This document shows positions 13,176 through 27,265 of a stretch of 64,000 nucleotides of DNA, one piece after another; position 1 is the first letter of the stretch, and each line of letters opens with the position of its first letter. The notes below the pieces were generated by a model. That model saw only the letters and a program-made list of their open reading frames with translations. It was not told the origin of the DNA and did no database searches. Position numbers and translations under genes: made by a program. The stretch is from Flaccisagitta enflata (lineage: Eukaryota), in contig OZ231126.1 of the NCBI GenBank assembly GCA_965153355.1, positions 45,694,001 through 45,758,000 of the forward strand, written 5' to 3'.

Positions 13176-14491
13176 TTGAACGTTCCATTGGGCAACTCAA
13201 TGAGTCATCCTCATGATTCTTGAAAGGACGTAATATACCATCATAGGGGAGGATGGATGGTTAGTAGGAATGATGAACCAACCTTTATAACTGACTGCGT
13301 GCCTGTGTCCGTTGGTCCGTTGGTCGGTAACGCAAACATGGAGCACCTTCTAGGACTACATGACCTTATTTGTCATGCATGGATCGCGATGTGTAACCGC
13401 AAACAATGGATAGGTCACTAACAGTGAATGATTTGTTCACCTCAGTTTGATATCTACGGAGGTAGCATGATCCGGATCAAATTAACGTGGTGTAAGCAAG
13501 GAACGACCCAAGCGGTGGATGGACGACAGCAGAATTCCCAGGCGTACACTGATGTTATGAAGAGAAAACACATAGGATAGATTTTTAGCAACTGTGTGCC
13601 AACATGCCATCACTGTATTATGGTCTATCAGTTTACGCGTCTATCAGTAGCAGAGAAAAAGGAATGCGTTTTTTTTTTTGCGGACGAGAGAGCAGGGACA
13701 TCAAACCCACATCCACACTCCATGACCCCCCCCCCCCCCCAACACTTACACAAACACTCGTTGGCACTCTTTTTAACTTGCGCTTACGAAATGACATACG
13801 GGCCAAAAGACGGATGATCAAAGCCTTCTTTTTAGTTGCCAGTCCGAGATAGAAGATGCAAAACATAAGAATAGTGGTTCCTAGGGGATTACTTTGATTT
13901 AGCGCCTGATTTCTCTTGACATTGCTGATCAATGGTGGGGGCGCTCGTTTCTTTTCAAAATTCGTTATCCTGTAAAACCCCGCTGAGTGCGTCGGTCTTG
14001 ACCTGAACAAGGAGGGAGCAAAATTAGAAATCATTACATAGTCCAATGTTTGAATAACAAGGTCATGTGTGGCTGGGCAGGGGCTGTATTATCACCAGGG
14101 CATTTGGGCAATGAGGACAAAGAGCGCAAAAAAATGAAAATGTACAACTAATACAGTTGCCACCTGCCAGTAGGACGAACAAAACTGGGTGAAGAGATGT
14201 GTAGCATGCGACTTAAAAATAACTAGATTGCTAGCAGACAAAAAATTGCGAAATGAGGTCTCAGCATGTTGGGTCAATCAAATGGAAAAATGTACCTTTT
14301 ATGGCCCCAGAGGAAGGATGCAGGGAGTAACGAATTTGATTTGAAATATATTTTATAATTGAAAATAATATTTATAATAATAAATCTAATTATATTGAAC
14401 AAAAAATTAAATACAATCTTTTGAAATTTTGTTTTTAAAAAACAAATACATTTTTTAACATAGTTTAAAGTTTAATTTTACACACTTATAC

Positions 14492-14966
14492 ACAAAATAG
14501 GTAAAGAGCTCACTCTGTTGGCTTTGATCTAACTCACTGTTACTAAACAGCATGCTGTAAACAACAACTGGTTGTAAAAATTACAGCCGGCTGTCATCAT
14601 ATAAAGTCGATAAAAATCCAACTGAAATAAAATAGAATGTGATTGGCATATTCATAATCCTGATGAAATATTGAGAAATTTGACATGTCACACTTAACGC
14701 TTTTTATAAGAAATAATCTTTTAATATTATATTTTAACTTTATTAAACATTGATATAAAAGTATATGTTGTTATACATCAAACTTGTCAGAATTTCACTA
14801 GGATTCCGAATTTGCTGGTCTTGATCTATTTGGTGTAAGTTGAATTTTTGCAGACTTTGTAGCATGACACCCGACTGTTATTTTTACGACCAGTTGTTCA
14901 CAGACTGCTGTTTGATAACAGTAGATTGGATCAAAGCCAACAGAGTGAGCTCTCTACCTATTTTGT
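14492..14966. mobile_element. Palindromic MITE-like element
   Basis: ACAAAATAGGTAAAGAGCTCACTCTGTTGGCTTTGATC matches the revcomp of GATCAAAGCCAACAGAGTGAGCTCTCTACCTATTTTGT, with over 100 bp of inverted similarity. True ends and TSD are unclear. Confidence 0.65.
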
Positions 14967-16474
14967 TTTGTCTACTGACTGTATATATCTTGCTTTGTCC
15001 ATCTATTGATGAATACATATATTGATAGATCCTTTAAAAATTCTTTTATTTTTTAATTTTTTAATTTTTTAATTTTTTATTTTATTACTCCTGCTTAAGT
15101 ATTCTAGAGACCACAAATATTGCCTATGCCAACTTACAAATATCTGAAAAAGCTATGATTATTATCAAGTATAGAATTTTAATTATTAGGTTTATCAAAA
15201 AGTGATAACCCTACTAAGTTTATATTAATAGATTCTAATATGAAATGATTAAATATTAAACAGTTTGATTTGGTTTAAGAATAAATTTCAATTTTAAATA
15301 AAATAGGGATTATGATTCAAGTTATATTAAGTACTGAGTTAAGTTTAACAAAACCATACACTCCCCACTCCCCACAATTTTACATTAAAGTAGATTGTAA
15401 TTACAAAGCTCAAAAAGACGATTGAATTTAAAAGTAGGTATACTTTTGAAGCTAATGTACAGTTTGAAAGGAAAATATAATTTATGTTTAACAATAAGCA
15501 ATAAAAAACATTAAATACTACACGATTAAATCTAGCTATATTGTAAACTTATATCAAATTCTCATATCTCTACTTATTATTGAAAAACATAAATTCAAGT
15601 ATTTTAATCTTAATTATAATCATTTTTAATCTAATTCAATTTACTAAATCTATTTATATTAGATCAAAAAAAAAATATTTGCATTGATAACTGCACCCCT
15701 CCTCTGCAACAGCTCTCAACTTTTTAAGATTTGTTCGCACAATTCATACATGCAATAACTTTCACTATAAAGTGTACACACATGCACATCAAACCAGTCA
15801 CGCATTTTTCAAGAACAACACCTACATTTTAAATTACCTCTTTTAGACGCGAAAAGAAACCACCGAAACGTGATGCATCAATGGGGTGGTACTGTCCCAG
15901 CTTCTTTCCTTGTGAACTCTCATCTTGATGTTATGACGTCATATTTGTTCTAGCCACCAAACGAAGATGACGGGGACGCTCACGAAGGTCGCAGGAATGG
16001 TCGTTATTTTCCATTTTAGTTCAGGCTCTTCCCAATGCGCACAGCTGATCGTCCCTCAGTGAGGTTGATTGAAAACGAAGAAAAGCCAGTTGCGCGTAAA
16101 CAAATGAGCGACCCAGAGTAATCATTAGGATACTTGATTGTTAGTCACATTAATTATCAAGTAACTATGAGGGTCCCCTCTCCGTCCTGGACCCTGACGC
16201 CATTTACAATGAGAAACCAACTCATGGCTTCGTAGAAGGAGCTTGTTACTCCAGCAAATCAAAAGAGTTTATCCTGAATTTTCCAGGCCAATCACGAGAA
16301 ACTAAATTTCATTCGTGACGCGTTAAGCAAACCTTAAGCCCCCCTGCGCTGCATCGGCTGTGCTGCACAACCGGTCAAATAGTTCTGTTATGACCTTTTT
16401 AAAGACGCCAAATTAATTGTTATCGGCGCGGGGATTAGCTTTTGAGCAGGCAAAACCCCGAAAAAACCGGTCAT

Positions 16475-16590
16475 TCAAAGGATATTAACAAAAACGACTT
16501 CCTGCGAAGCCCCACCGATTTTGGCCGTCTGCTGCTTTAACAGTCTATAGAATGAGTTGTCCCACGCTCCTCGACCGTTCGACAGCATCC
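16475..16590 (-). CDS. Candidate terminal coding exon of an unidentified gene
   Basis: tag|GG ATG... reads (R)MLSNGRGAWDNSFYRLLKQQTAKIGGASQEVVFVNIL*. It is phase-compatible with 18070-18180 and has a paralogous copy at 12.6 kb. The polypyrimidine tract is weak and no homologue is recognised. Confidence 0.35.
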
Positions 16591-16600
16591 CTACATTATG

Positions 16601-16664
<64 letters not shown>

Positions 16665-16882
16665 TGCGTTTCAAGATGATTTACTCAAATCCATGAAAGT
16701 TTAAAAAGACAGTCTTGTAGCGTTTGCGCCTCCTTGTTGTCCTTGCCGGCGTCCTGAAGCTGGTTTGGCCTTTTCTCCAGCGACTTTCATTTTTCTCTTT
16801 TTCCTTTATTTCTCCTCTTTTGTATCGATTTTCTTTTCCCCGCAAATCAGGAACAACCAAAAACAAGAACAGTATTAACGAG

Positions 16883-17113
<231 letters not shown>

Positions 17114-17520
17114 ATTGAAACAATGTGTACATCCCTTTTATGGGCCAAAACCCAAATTTCAGTGACTGAAAACATGGCTATCATAGTCAAGATGTTGGCG
17201 TAGGATGCCAAAATCTGACAATCTTACATTTGTGCAGTATTGAGATGAAAACTGGGAGAATATTTTGAATTGAAGGCCGCCGCGTGACTCCATAATCATG
17301 AAATAGAACTCAGGAAATTGGCAGGACATGACAGCCAGCCTCAGACTTACATGGATCCTGTTGTTTTTGTCTTCTCTTCATGATCATGAAATGGAACACA
17401 GGAAAGTGCCAGTTTCAGACTTACATTGGTCCTGTTGTTGCCGCCCACCTCTTCTTTCTTGCCCAACCTAGTGTTCTATTTTCCGCCAGTTTGCTCTCTC
17501 AATCTCACTGGTTTTCTTTT

Positions 17521-18037
<517 letters not shown>

Positions 18038-18069
18038 ATCGGTTGGAGAGCCATAGGTGATAAATTTAC

Positions 18070-18180
18070 TTGTTATCGTCGACCATCTTAGAGCTTCGAC
18101 GAGTCGCCACTTGAGACTTCCGCCACTCGACTCGCTCGGGACTGACGAACGCCTCTGATTGGTCAAATCATCAAAGAGTG
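18070..18180 (-). CDS. Candidate internal coding exon (111 nt, phase 1-1)
   Basis: Strong pyrimidine-rich acceptor (ttccagcctccatttcctcctcgtccaatcaccatttag|) and donor AA|GTAAAT. Open frame LFDDLTNQRRSSVPSESSGGSLKWRLVEALRWSTIT in unique GC-richer sequence. Confidence 0.4.
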
Positions 18181-18522
18181 CTAAATGGTGATTGGACGAG
18201 GAGGAAATGGAGGCTGGAAGGTAAGGGGGAAAATCTCCCGAAATGTCAATCGAATGAGGTCCGTTCTAACGTTAAGATGGTTACAGATGAGGTTAGAGAT
18301 AGTCTGAATGTACTTACATTTCCTCTCTTTCAATCCCATCCCGTTCCCATATATCTCACTCTGTCTATTTATCTGTCTTTTGAACTGTCCCTGAATCCGT
18401 CTCTCTGTTTATTGGAAACTTCCTCACTTAGCGACAAATGACGACGTAAAAGTTTGGATCAAGCACTTGCTTTGTTGTGATACTTAGATGCATTTATTTG
18501 TAGTAGACATTAGATAATTATC

Positions 18523-18730
18523 AACAAGTGACGCGGGGTCACAATATCGTTGCGGACGGGTGGGTAGGGGCATCCAACCCCCTTCCACACCCCAACTCCC
18601 CCACTCACATGCGCAAAAAGCATCTAAAGCGCTCGTTTCCGAACTTTTCAACTCGTGGTCACGGACCGACGGACCGACGGACTGACGGACAGACAAAGCC
18701 TCTTGTAGAGTTGCGTGTCCGCAACTAAAA
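18523..18730 (-). mobile_element. HINE-like element (AGTTGCG variant)
   Basis: AGTTGCGTGTCCGCAACT-AAAA at right end, (GGAC)n, AACAAGTGAC..GTCAC hairpin at left end. Confidence 0.7.
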
Positions 18731-20112
18731 ATGAGTAAAAGTTATTTGAACTTAGAAGCGTTACGATTAATGATAGGGTCCTAACTTCAGGCGGTTTTTT
18801 TTGGAGTTGGAGTTGGAGTTTGGAGCACAAGAAATACATTAGAGATAAGGTCCTTACCTTCCATCTTACACTTTTGGAAGGTCAAAATAAGGGCGGGGAT
18901 GATTCCACCACGGAGGTCAAAGGTCGAGGGGTCACAAGGGGACCCCCTGTAGGGGGTCAAAATTTCAAAATGGGAATTTTTCTATTCTGAAAGCAGATTT
19001 GGATTCTCCTCAAAAAAGTAGCTGAAGAATCTACTTTTCTTTTTTTAATTTTTTTTTTTTAAGTAGGTCAAAAAGGGGGTCAAAGGTCATAAATGACCCA
19101 AAAATCGACCCTTCAAACCATTTTTGGGAAAAAGTTTCAAAATTTGAAAAATACAATTCTGACTGCAGATTTGGATTCCTCTAAAAAAGAACCAAATATA
19201 AATTCTTCTTTGTTTTTCTGTTGATTATAAGAAGTAGGTAAAAGATGGGATCAAAGGTTGCAAAAAAAACCTTAAATTTGCGTAATATTCCAAAACGAGA
19301 AATTAGGCACAAAAGCAACTGGCTAGCATTTCAAGAAAAGCAAAATGAAAAATTGGGTAAGTCCATATATAGGGGGGGTCATACAGGGTTGATTTTAGAA
19401 GTTCCTTATGGAACTCTGGAATCTGGGGGTTGATTGTGTGTAGAAAAGGTTAGAAAAATTTCGGGTATCTTCCTTTTGAGGAAAAATAATCCAATTTTTA
19501 TCAAAAATAAAGTATCCGATAAGCGAACATCGCAAAAATTGTGAAAATTGCAAAGGTAGATGCCATTGGTAGTAGCCATCAGGACACTACAAAACATTCA
19601 TTTTTGGTTTAGATGATGTATTTTTGCCTTACCCTTACCATTTATGGTTGCAATAAGGCTTTCAATGCAAGATTTTTCTCATTTTAAGAACTTTATAGAT
19701 AATGCCGTTAAGCCAAAAATAAGCAAAAATCAAAGAAATTATAAAAATCTTTAAAAATGGATAAAATTGTTCAGCCTGTTGTGTGATAGAAAAAATTGTT
19801 CCTGATTATTCTAAAGAATAAGTATTCTTGTTATTCTAAGATTCCTTTCCCTTGCATGTTAAAAAATAACATTTTTTATCCACAGAATGACTGCAAAAAA
19901 AGGCAAAAATAAGCAAAATAGATAAAAATTGCAAAAATCAGTGCTAAAGCTTCTTCCTCCAGGATCTGGCATGGGTCTTTTACCTAAGTTTTTTCTGTTT
20001 TTTTTCAGAGTTTATTTGTTTTGTTTTTTTTTTCAAATCAATGTTTGCACCTACACAAATATAGGTAGGGCTTTATGGTCAAACTAGAAACCAGTTCAAT
20101 GAAACGGCTGAT

Positions 20113-21580
20113 TTTTGAGCAGCGGCCCCAAAGGGGATAAAGGTCTGTAGAACACAGGGGGACTTTCATTTATTGGTTTGCTCATTCGTCCTTCCATCTG
20201 TTTGTCCCCCTCCAGGCCCTCTTAGGCCTGAAATCTGCCCTCTCAGACCTTGAATCTGTCTTCTCAGGCCTGGAATCGGCCCTCTCAGGCCTGAAACCTG
20301 TCCTCTCAGGCCTTAATCTGCCCTCTCCAATTCAAGGCCTGAGAGGCCAGATTTCCGGCCTGCGAGGGCAGATTTCAGGCCTGAGAGGGCAGATTTCAGG
20401 CCTGAGAGGGCCTGGGGGGGACTGATGGATGGACAGACAAACAACAAACAAACAAAAGTCCCCCTGTGTTCTACAGGACTTCATCCCTATCAGTGCCACT
20501 TCCTTGCTTCCTCTCATTCCGATTCACAACCATGCAAAGCAGGGCAATGGGTATCGCTGACCACATACAGGGTGTTTCACGCGTTTTGAGGTTTAAAGAA
20601 TCGACATAGCTTTTCTCCTAGAAAAGCTATTCCAATTCTGAAAAAAGGTCTGAATAGATCTTGAAGTGCAGTTTTTTTATGTCACCAATTTTTTGTATTT
20701 GCTCTTTTTAGCTTGGGAGCTACGGGAGTTTAAAGTAAACAACATTATCCAGTTAACTAACCACGGTAAAGAAAAAAATGGACAACTTCTTTTACTAGTT
20801 TCTGGTCAACTATTGGCCTGAACTACAAAAAATCCATGACTGTTTAAAAGCTCCCCAAAAAATCTTCAAAACGCGACGTTGCAGGACATTGTAGCTTCAT
20901 TCATTTAGAAATGGCAGATTAAAGAAAAAAATCACAAATTGAAAAAAATGCTCCTTTCAATTTTTTTTTCCATCAAGAAATTTTACTCTTTTCGTTTTTG
21001 TCAATTACGAACTCAGGATTGTCTTAGCTACTCGATATCCATGAGCAAATTAAAGAGTCATGAATTTTCTATAAAATGGAGCCAAGAACAAATTTCCAAC
21101 TTAATTTGTTCAATTTGTACAATAAAGATAGCCCATGAAAATCAGGTGTTACTGACTTTCCAAATTCTTGACCACCTGTCTTCATTCTTCTGCCATTTCT
21201 AAATGGATAGAGATAAGACAACCAGCAAGTTCTCATTGGAAAGATCTTTCACAGAGCTTCAAGATAATCATGGATTTTGCTATGTTTTTCTTATTGCTTG
21301 GAATTGAAACGCTAACAAACAAGTAGTTTCCATTTTTTTTTTGCCATAATTATCCGGATTAAAGATGCATGCTGGATATGGTTGTTTTCTTCAAACTAAC
21401 ATAGTGGGCATATCTAAAAGCGCAGATATAAAAAATTGGTGACATAAAAAAACTGCACTTCAAGATCTATTCAGACCTTTTTTCAGAATTGGAATAACTT
21501 TTCAAGGAGAAAAGCTATGTCGATTCTTTAAACCTCAAAACGCGTGAAACACCCTGTATAGCCCTTGGGCGACTTGTTAA
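20113..21580 (+). mobile_element. HINE-like family B element interrupted by a MITE
   Basis: TTTTTGAGCAGCGGCCCC..GTAGAACACAGGGGGAC, 21-bp CCCTCTCAGGCCTGAAATCTG units, inverted copy at 20458-20500. Tail GGGTATCGCTGACCACATA/TAGCCCTTGGGCGACTTGTT is split by 20568-21556. Confidence 0.7.
20568..21556. mobile_element. Tc1/mariner-like MITE, CAGGGTG termini, TA TSD
   Basis: About 140-bp near-perfect TIRs CAGGGTGTTTCACGCGTTTTGAGG...; TA at 20566-20567 and 21557-21558. Confidence 0.92.
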
Positions 21581-21934
21581 CCACTTAGAACTTGAGCAAA
21601 TGAAGAAGCAAACATGAAAAAATGTGCACATTTTGAATAAAAACAATGTAAACAAATACAACGAAATGACTGAGCGGGAGCTGTTTCAGCTAACCAAAAC
21701 CTCATTTATTGAGTAAAAGTTTTTAAAAATCCATTAGCTATGCAAAAAAAACATATGAGTCACTTGGATCAGAACATTTAAAATTGTCTTTTATAGAATT
21801 ATAGTTTAAAATCATAACACTAAAAAAGGTAATAAAAAGACTTATTTTTTGAACAAATTATGTAAAGAAAATCAAAATGTTCAATCTTATGACTAATGAC
21901 TGTCTTGCCTTTTAATGCTCTTTCAAAGAGATAG

Positions 21935-22278
21935 TCAAGAAATGGGTTGGAATTTGCCCAGACCAGCATGATTGTGATCACACCCCCATGCCATAAATGG
22001 TTTCACAGAAACAGTTACCAAAAAATTGATATCCCAGCTCAAGGAGTTTGGTTGGAGTCTGTCTCCACTTTGACTGCATGAGGTGCATTTGGAGGATATT
22101 TGCCCTCTTTGGCACAAAAGTTAACCCCCCCCCCTTTCCTCTGTTGCTGCAAGATAAACCCTGCTGATGAAATGTCTTTGACTGCACTGGTGTTGTGGAC
22201 CTAAGTTCAAAGCTGCTTCAAAGGTTGACTGGGAATCAACCAAGTTGACAGAGCTACCTTTCACTTTGGACTGAACTA
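21935..22278 (-). pseudogene. Possible frameshifted relic of a Kolobok/'Mutator-like' transposase N-terminal Zn-ribbon region
   Basis: Two frames joined at a poly-G run give ...NLVDSQSTFEAAL..HQC..EERGGG/LLCQRGQISSKCTSC..NSLSWDINFLVTV..MAWGCDHNHAGLGKF. The resemblance is from recalled motif order only. Confidence 0.35.
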
Positions 22279-24217
22279 CTTGCTATCAAAAAGAAATACC
22301 TCATTGCCCATGCCAGACCCAGTGCAGTGGAAAGGGCCATCATCTGTCTCTGAGGCTTCTGCTGCTGTGGTTGCACAAGAAGCTAGGGAAGGTTTCATCT
22401 CAGAATGATGAATGAGATTATTGAAAAATAGTAAATGAGGTCTTGGTGACTTTGCACAAATCCCGCTCATTTACTTTTTTACCTTCATTGCATTTTATTT
22501 TCTTTTTGACTGGTTACTGAGGTCTTGGTGATCTAGCACAGAAAGCGCTCTTTACAATTTCTTTTCAATTAATTTTCAAATTAAATTGCTTAATTTTTGT
22601 CCGCTTTTGATGGAATTGCCTTAGTGGTTAAAGATTTTGTCAAACTGGTTTCTAGTTTGACCATGAAGCCCTACCCATATTTGTGTAGGTGCAACATTGA
22701 TTTGAAAGAAAAAAAAAACAAATAAACTCTGAAAAAAAAACAGAAAAAAAATTAAGTAAAACACCCATGCCAGGTTGCAAGTCCTGGAGGAAGAAGCTTG
22801 AGCACTGATTTTTGCAATTTTTATTGATTTTGCTTATTTTCGCCTTTTTTTGCAAATATTCTATGGATAAAAAATGATATTTTTTAACATGCAAGGGAAA
22901 GAATATTAGAATAACAAGAATACTGATTCAAACAAACATCTTTAGAATAATCAGGAAAATTTTTTTCTATTGTACAACCGGCTGAACGATTTTATCCATT
23001 TTTAAAAATTTTTATAATTTCTTTGATTTTTGCTTATTATTCGCTCAAGGGCATTATGTATAAAGCTCTGAAAATGAGAAAAATCTTGCATTAAAAGCCT
23101 AATTATCACCATAAATGGTAAGGGTAAGGCAAAAATACATCATCTAAACCAAAAATGAATGTTTTGTAGTGTCCTGATGGCTACTACCAATGGCCTCTAT
23201 CCTAGCAATTTTCGCGATTTTTTTTTATTTTCGCGATTTTCGCCTATCGGATACCTCATTTTTGATCAAAAATGGATTATTTTTCCTTAAAAGGGAGATA
23301 CCCAAAAAATTTTCTAACCTTTTCTACACACAACCAACCCTCAGATTCCAGAGTTCCATAAGGAATTTCCAAAATCAACCCTGCATGACCCCCCCCTAAG
23401 GAGGAAGGTCAACAAAAGAACACTTGTGACAAAGATCCGCCGATGACCCGGACCCCCTGTCACAAAACGTCCTTGGTGGAATCATTGCACTCAACGGATG
23501 ACCTTGATAGTTTCCAAACTTGAACTACGCATACATAACTTGCTTTAACTCTTTGTGCATCTCAATCGCTCGCGAAGTTAGGACTCTATTAATGAACCAT
23601 TCATCCAAATGGCTTCATTCCCCCCCCCCCACCACCACCACCACAAAGATCTGGGCCTTGGCCTTGAAGACTAAAAACACAGCCTTGTGTCTCAAAATCC
23701 TGGCCTCAAACCAAGTCACAAGGCCTCAAATATCAGCCTTAGCACCCGAACTTTAAGCTTCTTTGAGAGTTCATGTCTTACAGAAAGACTCCATTGCGTA
23801 CTACAGGTCATCTGCCCCTCCGGGGCCGCTGCCCAAAAAGAGTGTCGTAGATCTAACACCATACACACACGTACCTTCTTGGTTCGTTTCCGTCGCTTTC
23901 CATTTCTCGCCCATTTCACTTTCTCTTTCTTTCTGTTTCATTTTCCCTTTGAAATTCATTAATCATTTTCGGCGTTGCGACATTAAAAGGACGAAACTAA
24001 GCGGAACTTCGTCACTCGGGAATCAACCTAATAACAAAAACGAAAACCAAATAAAAGGTTGTCTTCCCCCATCTCTCTCTCTCTCTCTCGCACGCACTTT
24101 GTCTGTCTCGGTTACTGTCTGTATTTGCGCATATATGTATTAGTGTGTGGATATGTGATAGCGTGTGTATGTTTGTGTAAGTGTGTGTGTTAGTGTGTGT
24201 GTTAGTGTGTTAGTGTG

Positions 24218-24352
<135 letters not shown>

Positions 24353-24413
24353 GTGTGTGTGTGTGTGTGTGTGTGTAAATCCTCTGTCATAATTCTCCGT
24401 TATACCCATGACA

Positions 24414-24515
<102 letters not shown>

Positions 24516-24923
24516 TTTTGGGCTATAGAATCTGAGTGCAGCAAACGTTTCGATTGCACGTTGTTTTTAGTCGCGAGTTGTACCTCACCCTGTCCGTCCG
24601 TACGTTCATCCGTCCGTCTGTCCGTCCGTTCGTCCGTCCGTCCGTCCGTACGATCATCCGTCCGTCCTTCCATCGCAAACTTCTTTTTCTGCCTTTTTTT
24701 TTTCATTTCAGAAGATTTTAAGACTCATTCTAAATGTGTGCAAGACTTCGGAAGTGTCTTTTATCCCTTTTTTTTTTTTCTTTTTTTCTAATTTTGATCA
24801 GTTTGGATTGATTTGAATTCAATTGTCAAAAATGTTAGTTATGTACCTATTTCGAACCAAAGTCTACTATCCCATTCAATACACCTAAGTGAGGTTTACT
24901 ACTACCAAGTACCAATTACTAAC

Positions 24924-25026
<103 letters not shown>

Positions 25027-25271
25027 CTCATTGACTTTAAAAAGAAATATCCTCCCCAATAGCAGGGAAGAAACGAAAAGCACTAAGCGTGCAGAAACTT
25101 TTTAATCGTATTAATTAGGTTTCATTACCTAATTGTTTTCCCTCATGTTTCGAGCGAGAGAACCTGCACGCAGGTAGGCAAGAGAAGAGGATCGAAAGAG
25201 AGAGAAGAAGAGAAAGAGTTTCATTCAATTACACAAATTGACTTCCCTCATCAACTTCCGCGAGGGGCTTT

Positions 25272-25603
25272 TTAGATGCGTCCTCGCATCTCTATAGTAG
25301 GCTGTGTCGGTCGGTCGGTTGGTCGGTCGGTCGGTCGGTTGATTGGTAATGCATTCATTAAAAACATCAAAATCATGCATTTTTTCAACAGAAAAGTAGT
25401 TCTAACCCATTCATAAATGACATTCATTGATAATAAACATTCATTGATAAAAAAACATTCATTGATAAAAAACATTCATTGATAAAAAACATTCATTTTT
25501 AAAAAAACATTCATTCATGAAAAACATTCATTCATAAAAATACATTCATTCATAAAAAATATTCATTCAGAGAAGACGTATCGTTGGCCCACTTGGCCTT
25601 GTT
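25272..25603 (+). mobile_element. HINE-like element (AGATGCG variant) with internal ~17-bp CATTCATTGATAAAAAA array
   Basis: TTTT-AGATGCGTCCTCGCATCT, (GGTC)n, 3' GACGTATC, hairpin GGCC-CACTT-GGCC, TTGTTT. Confidence 0.8.
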
Positions 25604-25843
25604 TCTCTCTCTCTCTCTCTAACCCGCAGCGTAATTTCTATATCCTGGCTGGCTTACCCAAATGGCCCGTCACAATGACGGTGATGACGGTGACAATGAT
25701 GGTGGCGTAAGCAATGACGGTGACAGTGACGGTGGCGATGACAGTGACGATGTAAGCTACGGTAGAAAATAAACTTCCTTGCACTCTCATCTGCTTTGAC
25801 CTTCCCCGATGCGGATGGTCTTTTTTAGGCCCGCATCAAAAGT

Positions 25844-25942
<99 letters not shown>

Positions 25943-25994
25943 TACCTATACCTATACCTACCTATACCTGTTCGTCGATTGATGAAAAAAACCC

Positions 25995-26417
25995 TTTTTG
26001 GGCAGCGGCCCCGAAGGGGCCGATGACCTATGCTTTCACATATGCAGAAATTTCTCCCTTTTCAGTGTACCCCCCCCCCAAGCCTCAAGGCTCATATCTC
26101 AGCCTCAAGACCCAAATCCTAGCCTCCAGGCTCAAATCCTAGCCTGGAGGCTCAAATCCCAGCCTTGAGGCTCAAATCCCAGCCTTGAGGCTCAAATTCC
26201 AGCCTCGAGACTCAAATCCCAGCCTTGAGGCTCAAATCCCAGCCCCAAGGCTCAAATCCCAGCCTCAAGGCCCTAATTCCAGCCTTGAGGCTCAAATAAA
26301 AACAGCATAGGTCATCGGCTCCTTCGGAGCCGCTGCCCCTCTAACCACCTCACACCCACATAAACTCACATAGGGGCAACGGGTACCGCTGACCATCTAA
26401 CGCTTTTGCGACTATTT
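25995..26417 (+). mobile_element. HINE-like family B element
   Basis: About 35-bp inverted repeats (26000-26034 vs 26304-26338) enclose a 21-bp AGCCTTGAGGCTCAAATCCC-type array. Tail GGGCAACGGGTACCGCTGACCAT. T-runs at both ends. Confidence 0.75.
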
Positions 26418-26656
26418 AATGTTTGGTGACATGTCGAAATGAACTCTAAGCAGGCCTGAAAATAGAGCGTGCCCGCGTGCCCGGTGCACGCAGTTCTGCT
26501 GCCCGGCCGGATACACGGCAATCCAGACGGTTGGGCAAGAGCAGTAATGCAAAAGAATTTGAAATTGTTACGGGACGGACCGACCGACCGACCGACACGG
26601 CAAGGTGAAGAGTCGCGTGTCCGCGACTAAAAACAAGGCCGGATAGATTATATGTA

Positions 26657-27265
26657 CCATCTTGGCCAAAATAAAAGTCCCAGTAAAACAATATAGTTAT
26701 TCATTGCTGTTATTTCCTGTACTAAATTTAATTTTTAGGTGAAAATAACTAGTTTAGGCCTTTTTGGTACCAAAAATCATTTGTAATCATTTGAGTAGAC
26801 ATAGGTAAAGGATTGTTGAACAATTTTGCATAACACATCTCTCATTTTTTTAACAGTTTTTTTCTTTAGCACTTTGAGACTTAGGTATATTCATTTTGAT
26901 ATAAAATCTAAACCATTTGAACTATAAAAAATTGCTTGGTGGCAGAAAGCATATTTTTTGAAGCTCTCTCTAATGGTCAACAACTTTTATATGATCATAT
27001 CATGATAAGCAAAAAAAAAAAAATGAAAATAAACAAGTCAATTTTTTACCTATTGTTTTTTGTGTTTTTTCTGTATTTTGTTAAGGTAACCGTTTTCACT
27101 CTTCAAGCTCTAAAATCTAAACGAATTTATCTACTGAGCTCTGTTTGGCGCCATTTTGAAGATTTTTTCAAGCTTTTTCCAATGATCTCAGATTTGAATA
27201 CGGTTTTTCAGTTGTTACATCACAAATTAACCATATAGGTGGGACGATATTTTTGGCGAAGATGG
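26657..27265. mobile_element. MITE with TA TSD inserted in a HINE-like copy
   Basis: TA-CCATCTTGGCCAAAATAAAAGTCCCA ... TGGGACGATATTTTTGGCGAAGATGG-TA. Termini are related to 6219-6521. Confidence 0.6.

Larger units (their letters stand above)
19372..23396. mobile_element. Long-TIR element (~730-bp arms), poly-G/poly-C termini, possibly Kolobok-related
   Basis: 19372-~20098 is the reverse complement of ~22643-23396 at high identity. TA lies on both sides. Confidence 0.8.
18774..23588. mobile_element. Non-autonomous TIR element, TAG termini, 7-bp flanking duplication; host of a nested cluster
   Basis: TTAATGA|TAGGGTCCTAACTTC ... GAAGTTAGGACTCTA|TTAATGA (TIR 14/15). A second inverted pair ATGATTCCACCA/TGGTGGAATCAT lies about 100-125 bp inside each end. 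Confidence 0.7.
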
